Assembly (NCBI GenBank): GCA_958452575.1
Contig: CAUDUM010000007.1
Coordinates: 87,127-151,126 of the forward strand
Direction of reading: 5' to 3'
Origin: an uncultured Eggerthellaceae bacterium
GTDB taxonomy: Bacteria > Actinomycetota > Coriobacteriia > Coriobacteriales > Eggerthellaceae
DNA length: 64,000 nucleotides
Shown: positions 10,138 to 19,566 of the stretch, in pieces
Position numbering within the stretch: position 1 is the stretch's first letter
Layout of the letters: every line of letters begins with the position of its first letter
Position numbers and translations under genes: made by a program
Notes under the pieces: generated by a model
Seen by the model: the letters and a program-made list of their open reading frames with translations, nothing else
Databases searched by the model: none
What the model was told of the DNA's origin: nothing

Positions 10138-11240
10138 GCGTCGATGCCGCCGCAATGGAAGCCGAGCTGGCGGCGTTCAAGGACCCCAAGCTCGCTCGCG
10201 GGCTCATCGACTCCATCCAAAAGCTCGCACCTGCTGACGGCGCCACGCTGATGGAGGTGTGCGGCACCCATACCGTCGCCATCGCGCGCAACGGCATCCG
10301 CGCGCTCATGCCCGAGGGCGTCAAGCTGTCGTCGGGCCCGGGCTGCCCGGTGTGCGTCACGTCGAACCACGACATCGACGCCGTCATCGCGCTCGCGCGC
10401 GTCCCCGAGGTGACGATTGCCACCTTCGGCGACATGACGCGCGTCCCCGGCTCCACTTCCAGCCTGCTTGCGGAGCAGGCGGCGGGCCGCGACGTCCGCA
10501 TCGTCTATTCCCCGCTGGACGCGCTGGCGCTCGCCCAGAACAATCCCGATCGTCAGGTCGTGTTCGTGGGCGTGGGTTTCGAGACGACCACGCCGCTTTC
10601 GGCGATGGCGATCAAGCGCGCCAAGGCGCTCGGCCTCAAGAACTTCAGCGTGCTCGCCATCCACAAGAACATGCCCAACGCGCTGGAAGTCATCGTCAAC
10701 GACCCCCAGCTGAAGCTCGACGCGCTCATCCTCCCCGGGCACGTGAGCACCATCATCGGCGCGGAGCCGTATCGCTTCCTGGCCCAGAAATACGGCGTCC
10801 CCGGCGTCATCACCGGGTTCGAGGCGGTCGATGTGCTCCAGGGTATCGCCATGATCATGCGCCAGTTGCATGAGGGCCGCGCCGAGATCGAGATCGCCTA
10901 TGCGCGCGGCGTCATGCCCGAGGGCAACTCCGTCGCCCTTGCCGCCATCGACGAGGTGTTCGAGGTGTGCCCGGCGATGTGGCGCGGCTTGGGCGAGATC
11001 CCCGGATCGGGCTACCGCATCCGCGACGAGTTCGCCGCGTTCGATGCCCTGAAGCGCTTCCAACCCGATGTGGAGCCCACGCAGGAGCCCAAGGGCTGCC
11101 GCTGCGGCGATATCCTGCGCGGCGTCATGCCGCCCAGCGAGTGCCCGCTGTTCCGCAAGGTCTGCACGCCCGAGAACCCGGTCGGCCCCTGCATGGTGTC
11201 CAGCGAGGGCAGCTGCGCGGCGTATTACCGCTATTACTAA
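10134..11240 (+). CDS. hypD: hydrogenase formation protein HypD
   Basis: CGTHT, GPGCPVCV and C-terminal Cys-rich motifs. ATGA overlap with hypC. Confidence 0.9.
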   Translation: MSVDAAAMEAELAAFKDPKLARGLIDSIQKLAPADGATLMEVCGTHTVAIARNGIRALMPEGVKLSSGPGCPVCVTSNHDIDAVIALARVPEVTIATFGDMTRVPGSTSSLLAEQAAGRDVRIVYSPLDALALAQNNPDRQVVFVGVGFETTTPLSAMAIKRAKALGLKNFSVLAIHKNMPNALEVIVNDPQLKLDALILPGHVSTIIGAEPYRFLAQKYGVPGVITGFEAVDVLQGIAMIMRQLHEGRAEIEIAYARGVMPEGNSVALAAIDEVFEVCPAMWRGLGEIPGSGYRIRDEFAAFDALKRFQPDVEPTQEPKGCRCGDILRGVMPPSECPLFRKVCTPENPVGPCMVSSEGSCAAYYRYY

Positions 11241-11417
11241 AAATGTTACTAAAAAAATAGCAATTACGCCCTCGTTCGGTGAGGAGGGTGCTACAATGGC
11301 CTCGCGACGCGCGCTCCGCGAGGCCATTGTGCTGCTTCCCGGCCTTCGCGCCACGCCTCGCTTTCATCCGCCGCGCAAGGAGAGACGCGGCGCTGGATAT
11401 GGAAAGGGGGAGGGGAA

Positions 11418-12872
11418 ATGGATTGGCTTGATCCTGTCCTGTTGGGACGCATCCAGTTCACGCTGACGGCGGTCTACCACTTCATCTTCGTACCGCTCTC
11501 GATAGGCATCGGCCTGATCATGGCCATCTTCGAGACAAAGGCGTTCCGCTCGGGATCCGAGAAGGACGCCGCGGCCGCGCGTTTTTGGGTGAAGCTGTTC
11601 ACCGTGACCTTCGCGGTGGGCGTGGCCACCGGCATCACCATGGAGTTCTCGTTCGGAACCAACTGGGCCGACTACTCACGATTCGTGGGCGACATCTTCG
11701 GTGCGCCGCTTGCTGCTGAGGCGCTGCTCGCGTTCTTCCTCGAGTCGGTGTTTTTGGGTGTGCTGCTGTTCGGTCGCGGTCGTGTGGGCAAGAAGTTCTA
11801 CCTGGCCAGCGCATGGCTCGTGTGGTTTGGCTCGTGCCTGTCGGCGCTGTGGATCCTCATCGCCAACTCGTGGATGCAGACGCCCGCCGGTGCCGAGCTC
11901 GCTGCTGACGGGTCGCGTGCCGTCATCACCGACTTCTTGGCCGCCGCTTTCAACCCCTCCACGCTGCCGCGTTACGGTCACACCGTGACGGCGCTGCTGG
12001 TCATGGGCGCGTTCGTCGCTATGGCGATCGGCGGTTACTATCTGCTTAAGAAGCGTCATCAGGACTTTGCCATGAAGGCCGTCAAGATCGGCTCGATCGT
12101 GGGCATCGTCGCCACGTGCGGCCTGCTCGTGTTCGCGCATTCCTCGGCGGTCGAGGTGGCCGAGGAGCAGCCCACCAAGCTGGCAATGATGGAGGGCATG
12201 TACGATTCGGAGGTCCCGCCGCTCTACGCGTTCGGCTGGGTCGATGAGGAAAGCCAGGAAGTGCTGTCGCCCATCGCCATCCCCGGAGGCACGAGCTTCC
12301 TTGCCACCGGCACGTGGGACACCGAGTACATGGGACTCAACGAGCTGGCCGAAACCGAGCAGTACGCCGACCTGTCCGTCGAGGACCTGCCGGTCAACCT
12401 GGTGTTCCAGAGCTACCACCTGATGGTTATCCTGTTCGGCCTCATTCTGATCACCGTCGTGCTGGCGCTGATCTTCCAGCGCGGAGGCAAGCTCAAGGAC
12501 AAGCGTTGGCTGCAGCGCCTGCTGTTCGTGAGCCCGCTGTTCCCGTTTTTCGCCATCGTGACGGGCTGGGTCACCGCCGAGATCGGCCGCCAGCCTTGGG
12601 TCGTCTACCCGTCGACGAGCGGTCCCGAGGGCGTGAGCCTGCTCACCAGCGACGCCATCTCCCAGTCGGTGTCGTCGGTCGAGGTGCTCGTCACCATCGT
12701 GTTGTTCACGCTCATCTACCTGTTCATCTTCGTCGCCTACGTGCGCATCGTCGCCCACTTCATCAAGAAGGGTCCCGATGACGGCGAGGCCGTCGCCCCC
12801 GCGGCGGACGCCAAGGCGACGTCCGGCGCCGCAGTCGTCGCTGCCGCCGGCGCTGCGAAGGACGGTGAGTAA
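11418..12872 (+). CDS. cydA: cytochrome bd oxidase subunit I
   Basis: LGRIQFTLTAVYHFIFVPLSIG N-terminus, Q-loop region, multi-TM. RBS GGGGGAGGGG. Confidence 0.9.
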   Translation: MDWLDPVLLGRIQFTLTAVYHFIFVPLSIGIGLIMAIFETKAFRSGSEKDAAAARFWVKLFTVTFAVGVATGITMEFSFGTNWADYSRFVGDIFGAPLAAEALLAFFLESVFLGVLLFGRGRVGKKFYLASAWLVWFGSCLSALWILIANSWMQTPAGAELAADGSRAVITDFLAAAFNPSTLPRYGHTVTALLVMGAFVAMAIGGYYLLKKRHQDFAMKAVKIGSIVGIVATCGLLVFAHSSAVEVAEEQPTKLAMMEGMYDSEVPPLYAFGWVDEESQEVLSPIAIPGGTSFLATGTWDTEYMGLNELAETEQYADLSVEDLPVNLVFQSYHLMVILFGLILITVVLALIFQRGGKLKDKRWLQRLLFVSPLFPFFAIVTGWVTAEIGRQPWVVYPSTSGPEGVSLLTSDAISQSVSSVEVLVTIVLFTLIYLFIFVAYVRIVAHFIKKGPDDGEAVAPAADAKATSGAAVVAAAGAAKDGE

Positions 12873-12874
12873 TC

Positions 12875-13909
12875 GTGGATATGTCCATCTTCCAATGCCT
12901 GTGGTTCTGCTTGATCTTCGTCCTGATCGCCGGCTACTTCGTGCTCGACGGTTTCGACCTGGGCGCGGGCGTGCTGTATCCGCTCATCGCCAAGACCGAG
13001 GGCGAGAAGGCGGTCGTGCGCCGCAGCGTCGGCCCGGTGTGGGACGGCAACGAGGTGTGGCTGCTCACCGCGGGCGGCGCGCTGTTCGCCGCGTTCCCCA
13101 TGGCCTATGCAACCACGTTCTCGGGGTTTTACCTGGCCATCATGCTGGTGCTGTTCGGCCTGATCGTGCGTGCGATCTCGCTTGAGTTTCGTGCGCACGA
13201 CCCCAAATGGGGCAAGGCGTGGGACGCGTGCTTCATCATTGGCTCGCTGCTGCCGGCGCTGCTGTTCGGCGTGGCGGTCGGCAACATCTACGCCGGCATT
13301 CCGATGGATGCCAACGGCGACTACTCCGGCATCCCCCTGCTGGGTCTCGTGACGCCGTTCACGCTGCTCACCGGCTTGCTGGGTCTGGCGATGTTCTTGG
13401 CTGCCGGCGCCGCTTGGGTGGCGCTCAAGGCCGAGATGGGATCCGAACTGCGTGCACGTGCCGCGAAGCTGCGCATGCCGCTGGGCATCGCGGTCCTGGT
13501 GCTATTCGCGGTCGTATCCGCGTACGGGCACTTCATCATCCAGCCCGCGATGGAGCCCTCGCTCAACATCCTGCGTTGGCTGTTCGCGATCCTGTTCGTC
13601 GTCGCGGTTGTCGCTTCGATGGCGCTCGGCCGTAAGGACTCCGGCGACAAACTAGCGTTTCTGGCGCAGTGCGCCGCCGCGATCATGCTCGTCGGCCTGC
13701 TCGCCGCCTCTATGTTCCCCAACCTGGTCGTCGCCTCGGCTGACAGCGTCGGCGCCAGCATCACGCTGATGAGCGGTTCCGCGACCGATCTGTCGCTGAT
13801 GTGGATGACCGGCATCACCTGCGTCGGCCTGCCGTTCGTGCTCGTCTACCATGTCGTGATCTACCGCACGTTCCGCGGACGCATCTCCGAGAAGGATCTC
13901 GCCCACTAG
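12875..13909 (+). CDS. cydB: cytochrome bd oxidase subunit II
   Basis: Lies immediately after cydA. DGFDLGAG and WDGNEVWL motifs. Confidence 0.9.
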   Translation: MDMSIFQCLWFCLIFVLIAGYFVLDGFDLGAGVLYPLIAKTEGEKAVVRRSVGPVWDGNEVWLLTAGGALFAAFPMAYATTFSGFYLAIMLVLFGLIVRAISLEFRAHDPKWGKAWDACFIIGSLLPALLFGVAVGNIYAGIPMDANGDYSGIPLLGLVTPFTLLTGLLGLAMFLAAGAAWVALKAEMGSELRARAAKLRMPLGIAVLVLFAVVSAYGHFIIQPAMEPSLNILRWLFAILFVVAVVASMALGRKDSGDKLAFLAQCAAAIMLVGLLAASMFPNLVVASADSVGASITLMSGSATDLSLMWMTGITCVGLPFVLVYHVVIYRTFRGRISEKDLAH

Positions 13910-14105
13910 GGCGAGCCGGCGTCGCGTCCGCCTCGTGAAAGAGCAGACACCGTCTGTCGGCCCTGTCCGAGGATGATCCAGAAGCCCGCCTTGTGCGGGC
14001 TTCTGTGTATACTGGCTCCAATGACGAACGGCGCTGCGCGACGGGGAGGGGCTTGCGGTTCTCCGCGAGAACAGCGACGGCATGCCATCTTAAAGGGGGG
14101 CGGCG

Positions 14106-15305
14106 ATGGACGAGCGGCGTGACACCGGATTGAACGACGGCTTCGGCGTGGGCAACGACGAGATGCTCGACGCCTCCCAAACGCCGGTGGTCCAGGTGAT
14201 GGGCGAGGGCATCCAGGATTCTGCGGTGGAGCCGCAAGGTGATATCCACGACGGATGGGCAGTCCAGCCGCAAGGATGGGGCGTGTCCGATGGTGACGGC
14301 GATTCGGAGCAGGAACACCCTGCGCCCGCCGTGCCCGCACCCTCCTCCGCGATGCCGGACGCTTCCTTTTCCGGGGATTCGCACATGCCGGGCGCCGCTT
14401 CCCCCGAGAGTCCTTACGCGCCGGGCGCTCCCTTCGGTCCGCTCGGCGGATCCGCTCCCAGCGCCGCTGCGAAGGCGGGGGCGATGCCGCTTGTGCTGGG
14501 CATCCTGTCCATCGTCACGGCGGGCGTTCCCGTTTTGGGCATCGTGCTGGGCGTTCTTGCCTTGGTGACGTCCGCGCGCGCGATCAAGCGCTACGGCAGA
14601 AATGCCAAGACGGCTGCCGGCAGGGTGTGTGGCATCGTCGGCATCGCCTTTTCGGTGGTGGCGCTTGCCGCGAGCGTCATTGGAACGGCGGCATTCACCT
14701 CGTATCTGTCCGAGTCCACCGCGCCGTCCGACCGGGGATCCTGTTCGTCGAGCACGTTCAATAGGAGCGACCCTTCGGCGTATCTTGCGGATATGGATGC
14801 CGATGATCGCGCCGCCGAGGAGGCGGTCCGCGCCGAACTCGACAAGTTCGCCGCGGGGGATTCCGATCTCGCCGCATGGCTCGCCGCGAAGGCCGACGAG
14901 CTGTTCATGACAAGCGGATACTCCCTTGCCGATATCGGAGTCGATTCTCGCGATGTCGCCGAATGGATGATGGGCGGCTTCTCCTATGAGATGGATGGGG
15001 CATACACGTTCTCGGATGGAACGGGAACGGTGTACGCCGATCTTGAGACGCGCGATATGTTCGAACTGCTCGAAGGGTTCGATGCCGCCTCCCAGGACAT
15101 GATCGACTCGGGTCTGCTCGACGCCATGGACGAGGCGGCGATGCTCGGGCAGTTCGGCCAGGCGTTCGTCGCCTCAATGGGCGCTGCCGAGGATTCTCGC
15201 ATCGATTTTTACGCCGCCTTCGATGTGGTCGAGGAGGACGGCGCGTGGGTGGTCGACCGCGCGTCTTGGGAAGAAGAGCTGAAATACGTGTTCGGCCTGT
15301 TCTAG
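14106..15305 (+). CDS. membrane protein with DUF4190-like double-TM segment and acidic C-terminal domain
   Basis: LGILSIVTAGVPVLGIVLGVLALVTSARAIKRYG...GIVGIAFSVVALAAS. RBS AAAGGGGGG. Confidence 0.5.
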   Translation: MDERRDTGLNDGFGVGNDEMLDASQTPVVQVMGEGIQDSAVEPQGDIHDGWAVQPQGWGVSDGDGDSEQEHPAPAVPAPSSAMPDASFSGDSHMPGAASPESPYAPGAPFGPLGGSAPSAAAKAGAMPLVLGILSIVTAGVPVLGIVLGVLALVTSARAIKRYGRNAKTAAGRVCGIVGIAFSVVALAASVIGTAAFTSYLSESTAPSDRGSCSSSTFNRSDPSAYLADMDADDRAAEEAVRAELDKFAAGDSDLAAWLAAKADELFMTSGYSLADIGVDSRDVAEWMMGGFSYEMDGAYTFSDGTGTVYADLETRDMFELLEGFDAASQDMIDSGLLDAMDEAAMLGQFGQAFVASMGAAEDSRIDFYAAFDVVEEDGAWVVDRASWEEELKYVFGLF

Positions 15306-15314
15306 GGCTTCGGG

Positions 15315-15362
15315 CAACCCTCGCGTCATCGTGCGGACCGCCGCACGATGACGCGAGGGTTG
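15315..15362. terminator. 22-bp perfect hairpin between convergent genes (bidirectional terminator candidate)
   Basis: caaccctcgcgtcatcgtgcgg-accg-ccgcacgatgacgcgagggttg. Confidence 0.6.
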
Positions 15363-15418
15363 CGATGCGACGGCCCCCCGGTTTTATCCAGCTCGCGTTT
15401 CAGCGCCGCTCCGGTGCG

Positions 15419-15862
15419 CTACTGAAGGCGCCCCTGAAGCTCCTTCGCCGCCGCGGCCTTGTCAAAATTGCCGCCGGTCTTCTGCGTGAGCGCGCCCATG
15501 ACGCGCCCCATCTCCTTCTTGGTGGTCGCGCCGGTTTCGGCCAGGGTCGCATCGATCAGCGCGATCAGCTCGTCGCCCGAGATCTGCTTGGGCAGCAGAC
15601 CCTCGAGGATCGCGACCTGCTCGGTGAGCGTGTCGGTGCGCTCCTGGTTGTTGCCCGCCTTGATGGAGCCCTCGAGCGTCTCCTTGGTCTGCTTGATCAC
15701 GCGCTTGAGCATCGCGTCGACGTCGGCGTCGGTCACCTCGCGGCGCTCGTCAACCTCGATGTTCTTCAGCTCGCCGTGCACCTGGCGCAGGATGGACAGG
15801 CGAGTCTTGTCATGCGCCTTCATAGCGTCTTTGATCAGGGATTTCAGCTCGTCGTACGTCAT
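15419..15862 (-). CDS. GatB/YqeY domain protein
   Basis: 147 aa, with the typical YqeY sequence (LKDAMKAHDK..RLSILR...ILEGLLPKQ). Confidence 0.85.
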   Translation of the reverse strand: MTYDELKSLIKDAMKAHDKTRLSILRQVHGELKNIEVDERREVTDADVDAMLKRVIKQTKETLEGSIKAGNNQERTDTLTEQVAILEGLLPKQISGDELIALIDATLAETGATTKKEMGRVMGALTQKTGGNFDKAAAAKELQGRLQ

Positions 15863-16196
15863 ATGCTCCTCGATTCTCCCGTTGCTGTCGCCTTATGGCG
15901 CCGCTCGCCACCCGCCCCGCGTGCGGGGGCGGTCGGCATCGCTTGACTGCGAAACCGAGTATAGCGCAGCTTCGCCCGTCCCTTTCGCGCCGATGGCGCC
16001 AGGCTCTGGCGGCTTGTCGCCCCTTCGCGCCGATGGCGTTGGACTTCAGCGGATCGGAGCGGCGCCAGGAGCGGATTGTCGCGATGCGGTGCAGGATCGG
16101 GAGACGAGGACGATCGTTGGCGAGCCGTAAAGCGCGTGAAACCTAGCGATAAGATGGCTTTGATATGATGAAAGGGCAACCAACCGAAGGAGACCC

Positions 16197-16688
16197 ATGA
16201 AAGAGCTGCCGGCCAACCAGCTGGATCCGCGCGTGAAGACCGTTTGGCGCATCAACGATGCGATATGGATATGCATCCTGTTCCTGTGCTGCGGCATCGC
16301 GTTTCCCATCATTGCCATCGCCGATCCCAATGCCGGTTGGGCGTGGATGGTGACGGGCATCATCGCCACCGTGTGGGCGCTGTGCCTTGTCGTGTGGCTG
16401 GCGATTCTGCCGCCGATCCGGTATGCGCGCTGGCGCTACCAACTGTCCGACGACTACTTGGACATCGCCAAGGGCATCATCTGGCGCAAGCGGTTCATCA
16501 TTCCGTTTATCCGCGTCCAGAACACCGACACGCGGCAGGGGCCGATCCAACGTGCGTTCGGCCTGTCGAGCGTGACCGTCGCCACCGCCGCCGGAGAGCA
16601 CGAGATCCCCGGGCTTGCCTCCGAGGTCGCCGAGCAGCTGCGCGACAAGGCGGCGGAGCTCGCGCGCATCGCCCAGGAGGACGTGTGA
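16197..16688 (+). CDS. bacterial PH-domain (bPH_2, YdbS-like) membrane protein
   Basis: Two TM segments followed by the motif IPFIRVQNTDTRQGPIQRAFGLSSVTV. Confidence 0.75.
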   Translation: MKELPANQLDPRVKTVWRINDAIWICILFLCCGIAFPIIAIADPNAGWAWMVTGIIATVWALCLVVWLAILPPIRYARWRYQLSDDYLDIAKGIIWRKRFIIPFIRVQNTDTRQGPIQRAFGLSSVTVATAAGEHEIPGLASEVAEQLRDKAAELARIAQEDV

Positions 16689-18655
16689 TGGACGAGCGCG
16701 TTCCCCAGGGCGCGCCGGCGCAGGAGCCGCAACACGCTCAGGTTGCGCAGCCCGTGCAGGCGGCGCAATCGGCCGCGTCGCAGCAACCCGCCGCGCCCCA
16801 GCAACCGACCGTGCAGTCCGCGCCTGCCGTGCAGCCTATCGCGGACCCGCAACCCGCCGAGCCCCAGCGCCACTACGTGCATCACAGCTACATCTGGCTG
16901 GGATCGCTGCGCTCCGCCGGCATCATCATCGTGGCGCTTGGCATCTCGCTGTTCTCCTCGATGATCGGCTCGTTCTTTGAAGGAGCGGGTCGTGTCGACG
17001 GATTCATCATGATGGTGGCTGGTCTGGGAATCGCGGCGATCATCGTGGTGGTCTTCCTGCTGTGCCTGCTGTACCAGTGGTGGTCGTACCGCCATCTGTG
17101 GTACGAGATCGGCGACGAGGAGTTCAGCCTGTATTCGGGCATCTTCAACAAAAAGCGTATCCACGTGCCCTACCAGCGCGTCCAGTCGGTCGATCAGCAC
17201 GCCTCGTTGTGGCAACGCGTCTGCGGCGTGTGCACGGTCCACGTCGATACGGCGGGCGGTGCGGCGCATACCGCCGTCACCGTTCCGTACCTGCTCAAAG
17301 ACCAGGCGGAGCATCTGCGCATGGAATTGTATCTGCGCAAGCGCCGCATCCTGGGGCTTGACGAGGATCGCGCGCCCGCCGGTGCCGCTGCGCCCGCTGG
17401 CGCCGCTCCCGGCGTCGCGCCCGTTGTCGTCGTCCCGCTGCAAACCGCACAGCAGCCCGCCTCCGTTCAGCCGGGCAACGTGCTCGACGTCGGCGCCGAG
17501 GTGTGGGACGACGTGCGCGGCCTGTTCGCCGGCGACGAGGTGGATATGGGCGTTTCGTCCTACGAGTACGGCCTCACCAACAAAGAGCTCGCATTCACCG
17601 GGCTTTCCAACAACACCGGGTTCGTCCTGGCGATCGTCGGCGTGCTCGCCACCGTGTTCCAGGTGGTGGGAGGCGTGATGGATGTGGCGGGCGATGCCGC
17701 CGGCGCCGTCGCCGACACCGCCCTTGCCATGGGCTCCACGATCTTCGGCGGCAACCTGGTTTTGCTCGGCATCGTCATCTGCATCGTCGCGGTCGTCATC
17801 CTGTGGGTGCTCTCGGTCGCGGGGACCTGCATCCAGTTCGGCGGCTTCAGGGCACGCCGCCGCGGCAACCGCATCGAGGTCGAGCATGGCCTGCTCCAGC
17901 ATCGCATCCGCGGCGTCGATGTCGACCGCGTCCAGTCGGTCATCGTCAAGCAGAGCGTCATCCGCCGCCTTCTGGGGTATTGCGAGCTGTCGTTGGGCAA
18001 GATCGACGCGGTCGACTCATCCCAGGGCGAGCAGGGGCAAAGCCTCAGCCATCAGGGCCTGGTCATCCACCCGTTCGTCAAGCTCGACCGCGTGCCGCAG
18101 ATACTCGAGGGCATCATCCCCGAGTTCGCCGGCGTGCCCGCTGACGAGACGCCGCTCGCGTCGGTCGCGTTGCGCCGCGCCATCATCCGCCGCGGCATCC
18201 TGCAGGGGGCGGGCTTTTGGATCGCGGTGTGCATCGCCGTGGCCCAGGTGATCATCAACCTGGTGCTTCGCAGCGCCGATCCCGAAGGGCAGATGGCGCT
18301 CGGCTACCTCAACATCGGCGCCTATGCCGGCTACGCCGTGTGCCTGATCGTCTTCGCGCTCGAGGTCGTCGGAGCGGTGCTCTGGGCACGCGGATCGGGA
18401 TTCGCCTACAACCGCCGCTTCATGCGGGTGGTCAACGGGGGACTGGGGTGCGAGTCGGTGAGCTTCCCGCGCCGCAAGATCCAGTTCGGCTACACCAAGA
18501 CCAACCCCTTCCAGCGTCGGGTGCAAACGGCGACGATCGCCGTGCGCACCGCCGCCGGCACAGGGGGAACCACCGTGCGTCTCATCGACGTCTGTGAAGA
18601 TGATGCCCAGGCATGGTTGGAGTGGGTGCGCCCCCGCACGGATGCGGTATCATAG
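16688..18655 (+). CDS. YdbT-like membrane protein with repeated bPH_2 domains
   Basis: ATG at 16688 overlaps the ydbS-like stop by 1 nt, with RBS AGGAGG. Repeated motifs of the type ..VPYQRVQSVDQHASLWQR.. Confidence 0.7.
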   Translation: MDERVPQGAPAQEPQHAQVAQPVQAAQSAASQQPAAPQQPTVQSAPAVQPIADPQPAEPQRHYVHHSYIWLGSLRSAGIIIVALGISLFSSMIGSFFEGAGRVDGFIMMVAGLGIAAIIVVVFLLCLLYQWWSYRHLWYEIGDEEFSLYSGIFNKKRIHVPYQRVQSVDQHASLWQRVCGVCTVHVDTAGGAAHTAVTVPYLLKDQAEHLRMELYLRKRRILGLDEDRAPAGAAAPAGAAPGVAPVVVVPLQTAQQPASVQPGNVLDVGAEVWDDVRGLFAGDEVDMGVSSYEYGLTNKELAFTGLSNNTGFVLAIVGVLATVFQVVGGVMDVAGDAAGAVADTALAMGSTIFGGNLVLLGIVICIVAVVILWVLSVAGTCIQFGGFRARRRGNRIEVEHGLLQHRIRGVDVDRVQSVIVKQSVIRRLLGYCELSLGKIDAVDSSQGEQGQSLSHQGLVIHPFVKLDRVPQILEGIIPEFAGVPADETPLASVALRRAIIRRGILQGAGFWIAVCIAVAQVIINLVLRSADPEGQMALGYLNIGAYAGYAVCLIVFALEVVGAVLWARGSGFAYNRRFMRVVNGGLGCESVSFPRRKIQFGYTKTNPFQRRVQTATIAVRTAAGTGGTTVRLIDVCEDDAQAWLEWVRPRTDAVS

Positions 18656-18660
18656 ACGCC

Positions 18661-19515
18661 ATGAGTGCACAAGCAACACCGACTGCCGATGGAGGTGGCC
18701 GAAGTAGCCGTCTGCAAAAGGCTCCTTCGCAACCGATGGGTTCTGCCGCGCCGACCGGCCGGCAGGATGATCCTGCGCACGATTGGACTCCCTCGCAATT
18801 CCGCCCCCGCACGGCGCGCGACGCCTACACGCATCGCGACGAGCACGCCAACACCCCCGCCAACCTCAAGCAACGCAAGCGCAACGTCCGCGAGTACACG
18901 CTGGGCGAGGAGATCGCCAATTCGATCAGCCATGGCGTGGGCGCCCTGCTCGCCATCGCGGCGATCCCGATCCTGGTGGTCGCGTCCTTGGATGCGGGCG
19001 GCGGGATATACCTGGTCACCGCATTGGTGTACACCGTCACGATGCTGCTGGAATACACCATGTCGACGCTCTACCACGCCATCGCCGTCGACAAGGCCAA
19101 GCGCGTGTTCAAGGTGCTCGACCACAGCTGCATCTACCTGTTCATCGCTGGCACGTACACACCGTTCTGCCTGATCACGCTCGCTCCGTTCGGAGGGATG
19201 TGGCTCTGCGCGGCGGTGTGGGCGATCGCGTTGGCGGGCGTGGCGTGCGAGGCGTTCTGGGTGTTCAGGCCGCGATGGGTGTCCGCGGTGCTCTACCTTG
19301 CGCTGGGTTGGTGCGTCGTGTGGTTCCTGCCCGACCTGGTCGCCGCGCTTCCGCCCTCGGGACTGGGGCTTCTGGTCGCGGGCGGCCTGTGCTACACCAT
19401 CGGGTGCGTGTTCTACGTCCTGAAGAAGATCCGTTATATGCACACGCTGTTCCACCTGTGGGTTCTGGCGGGAAGCGTGTGCCATTTCCTAGCCGTTTTG
19501 TTTTACGTCATGTAG
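18661..19515 (+). CDS. hemolysin III / PAQR family channel protein
   Basis: EEIANSISHGVGALLA, 7 TM, and the HLWVLAGSVCHF C-terminal motif. Confidence 0.85.
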   Translation: MSAQATPTADGGGRSSRLQKAPSQPMGSAAPTGRQDDPAHDWTPSQFRPRTARDAYTHRDEHANTPANLKQRKRNVREYTLGEEIANSISHGVGALLAIAAIPILVVASLDAGGGIYLVTALVYTVTMLLEYTMSTLYHAIAVDKAKRVFKVLDHSCIYLFIAGTYTPFCLITLAPFGGMWLCAAVWAIALAGVACEAFWVFRPRWVSAVLYLALGWCVVWFLPDLVAALPPSGLGLLVAGGLCYTIGCVFYVLKKIRYMHTLFHLWVLAGSVCHFLAVLFYVM

Positions 19516-19566
19516 GCCGCAGGGGCATGTGCGCCAAGGGCCGACGAAGGAGTTGAGAACAGCCAT

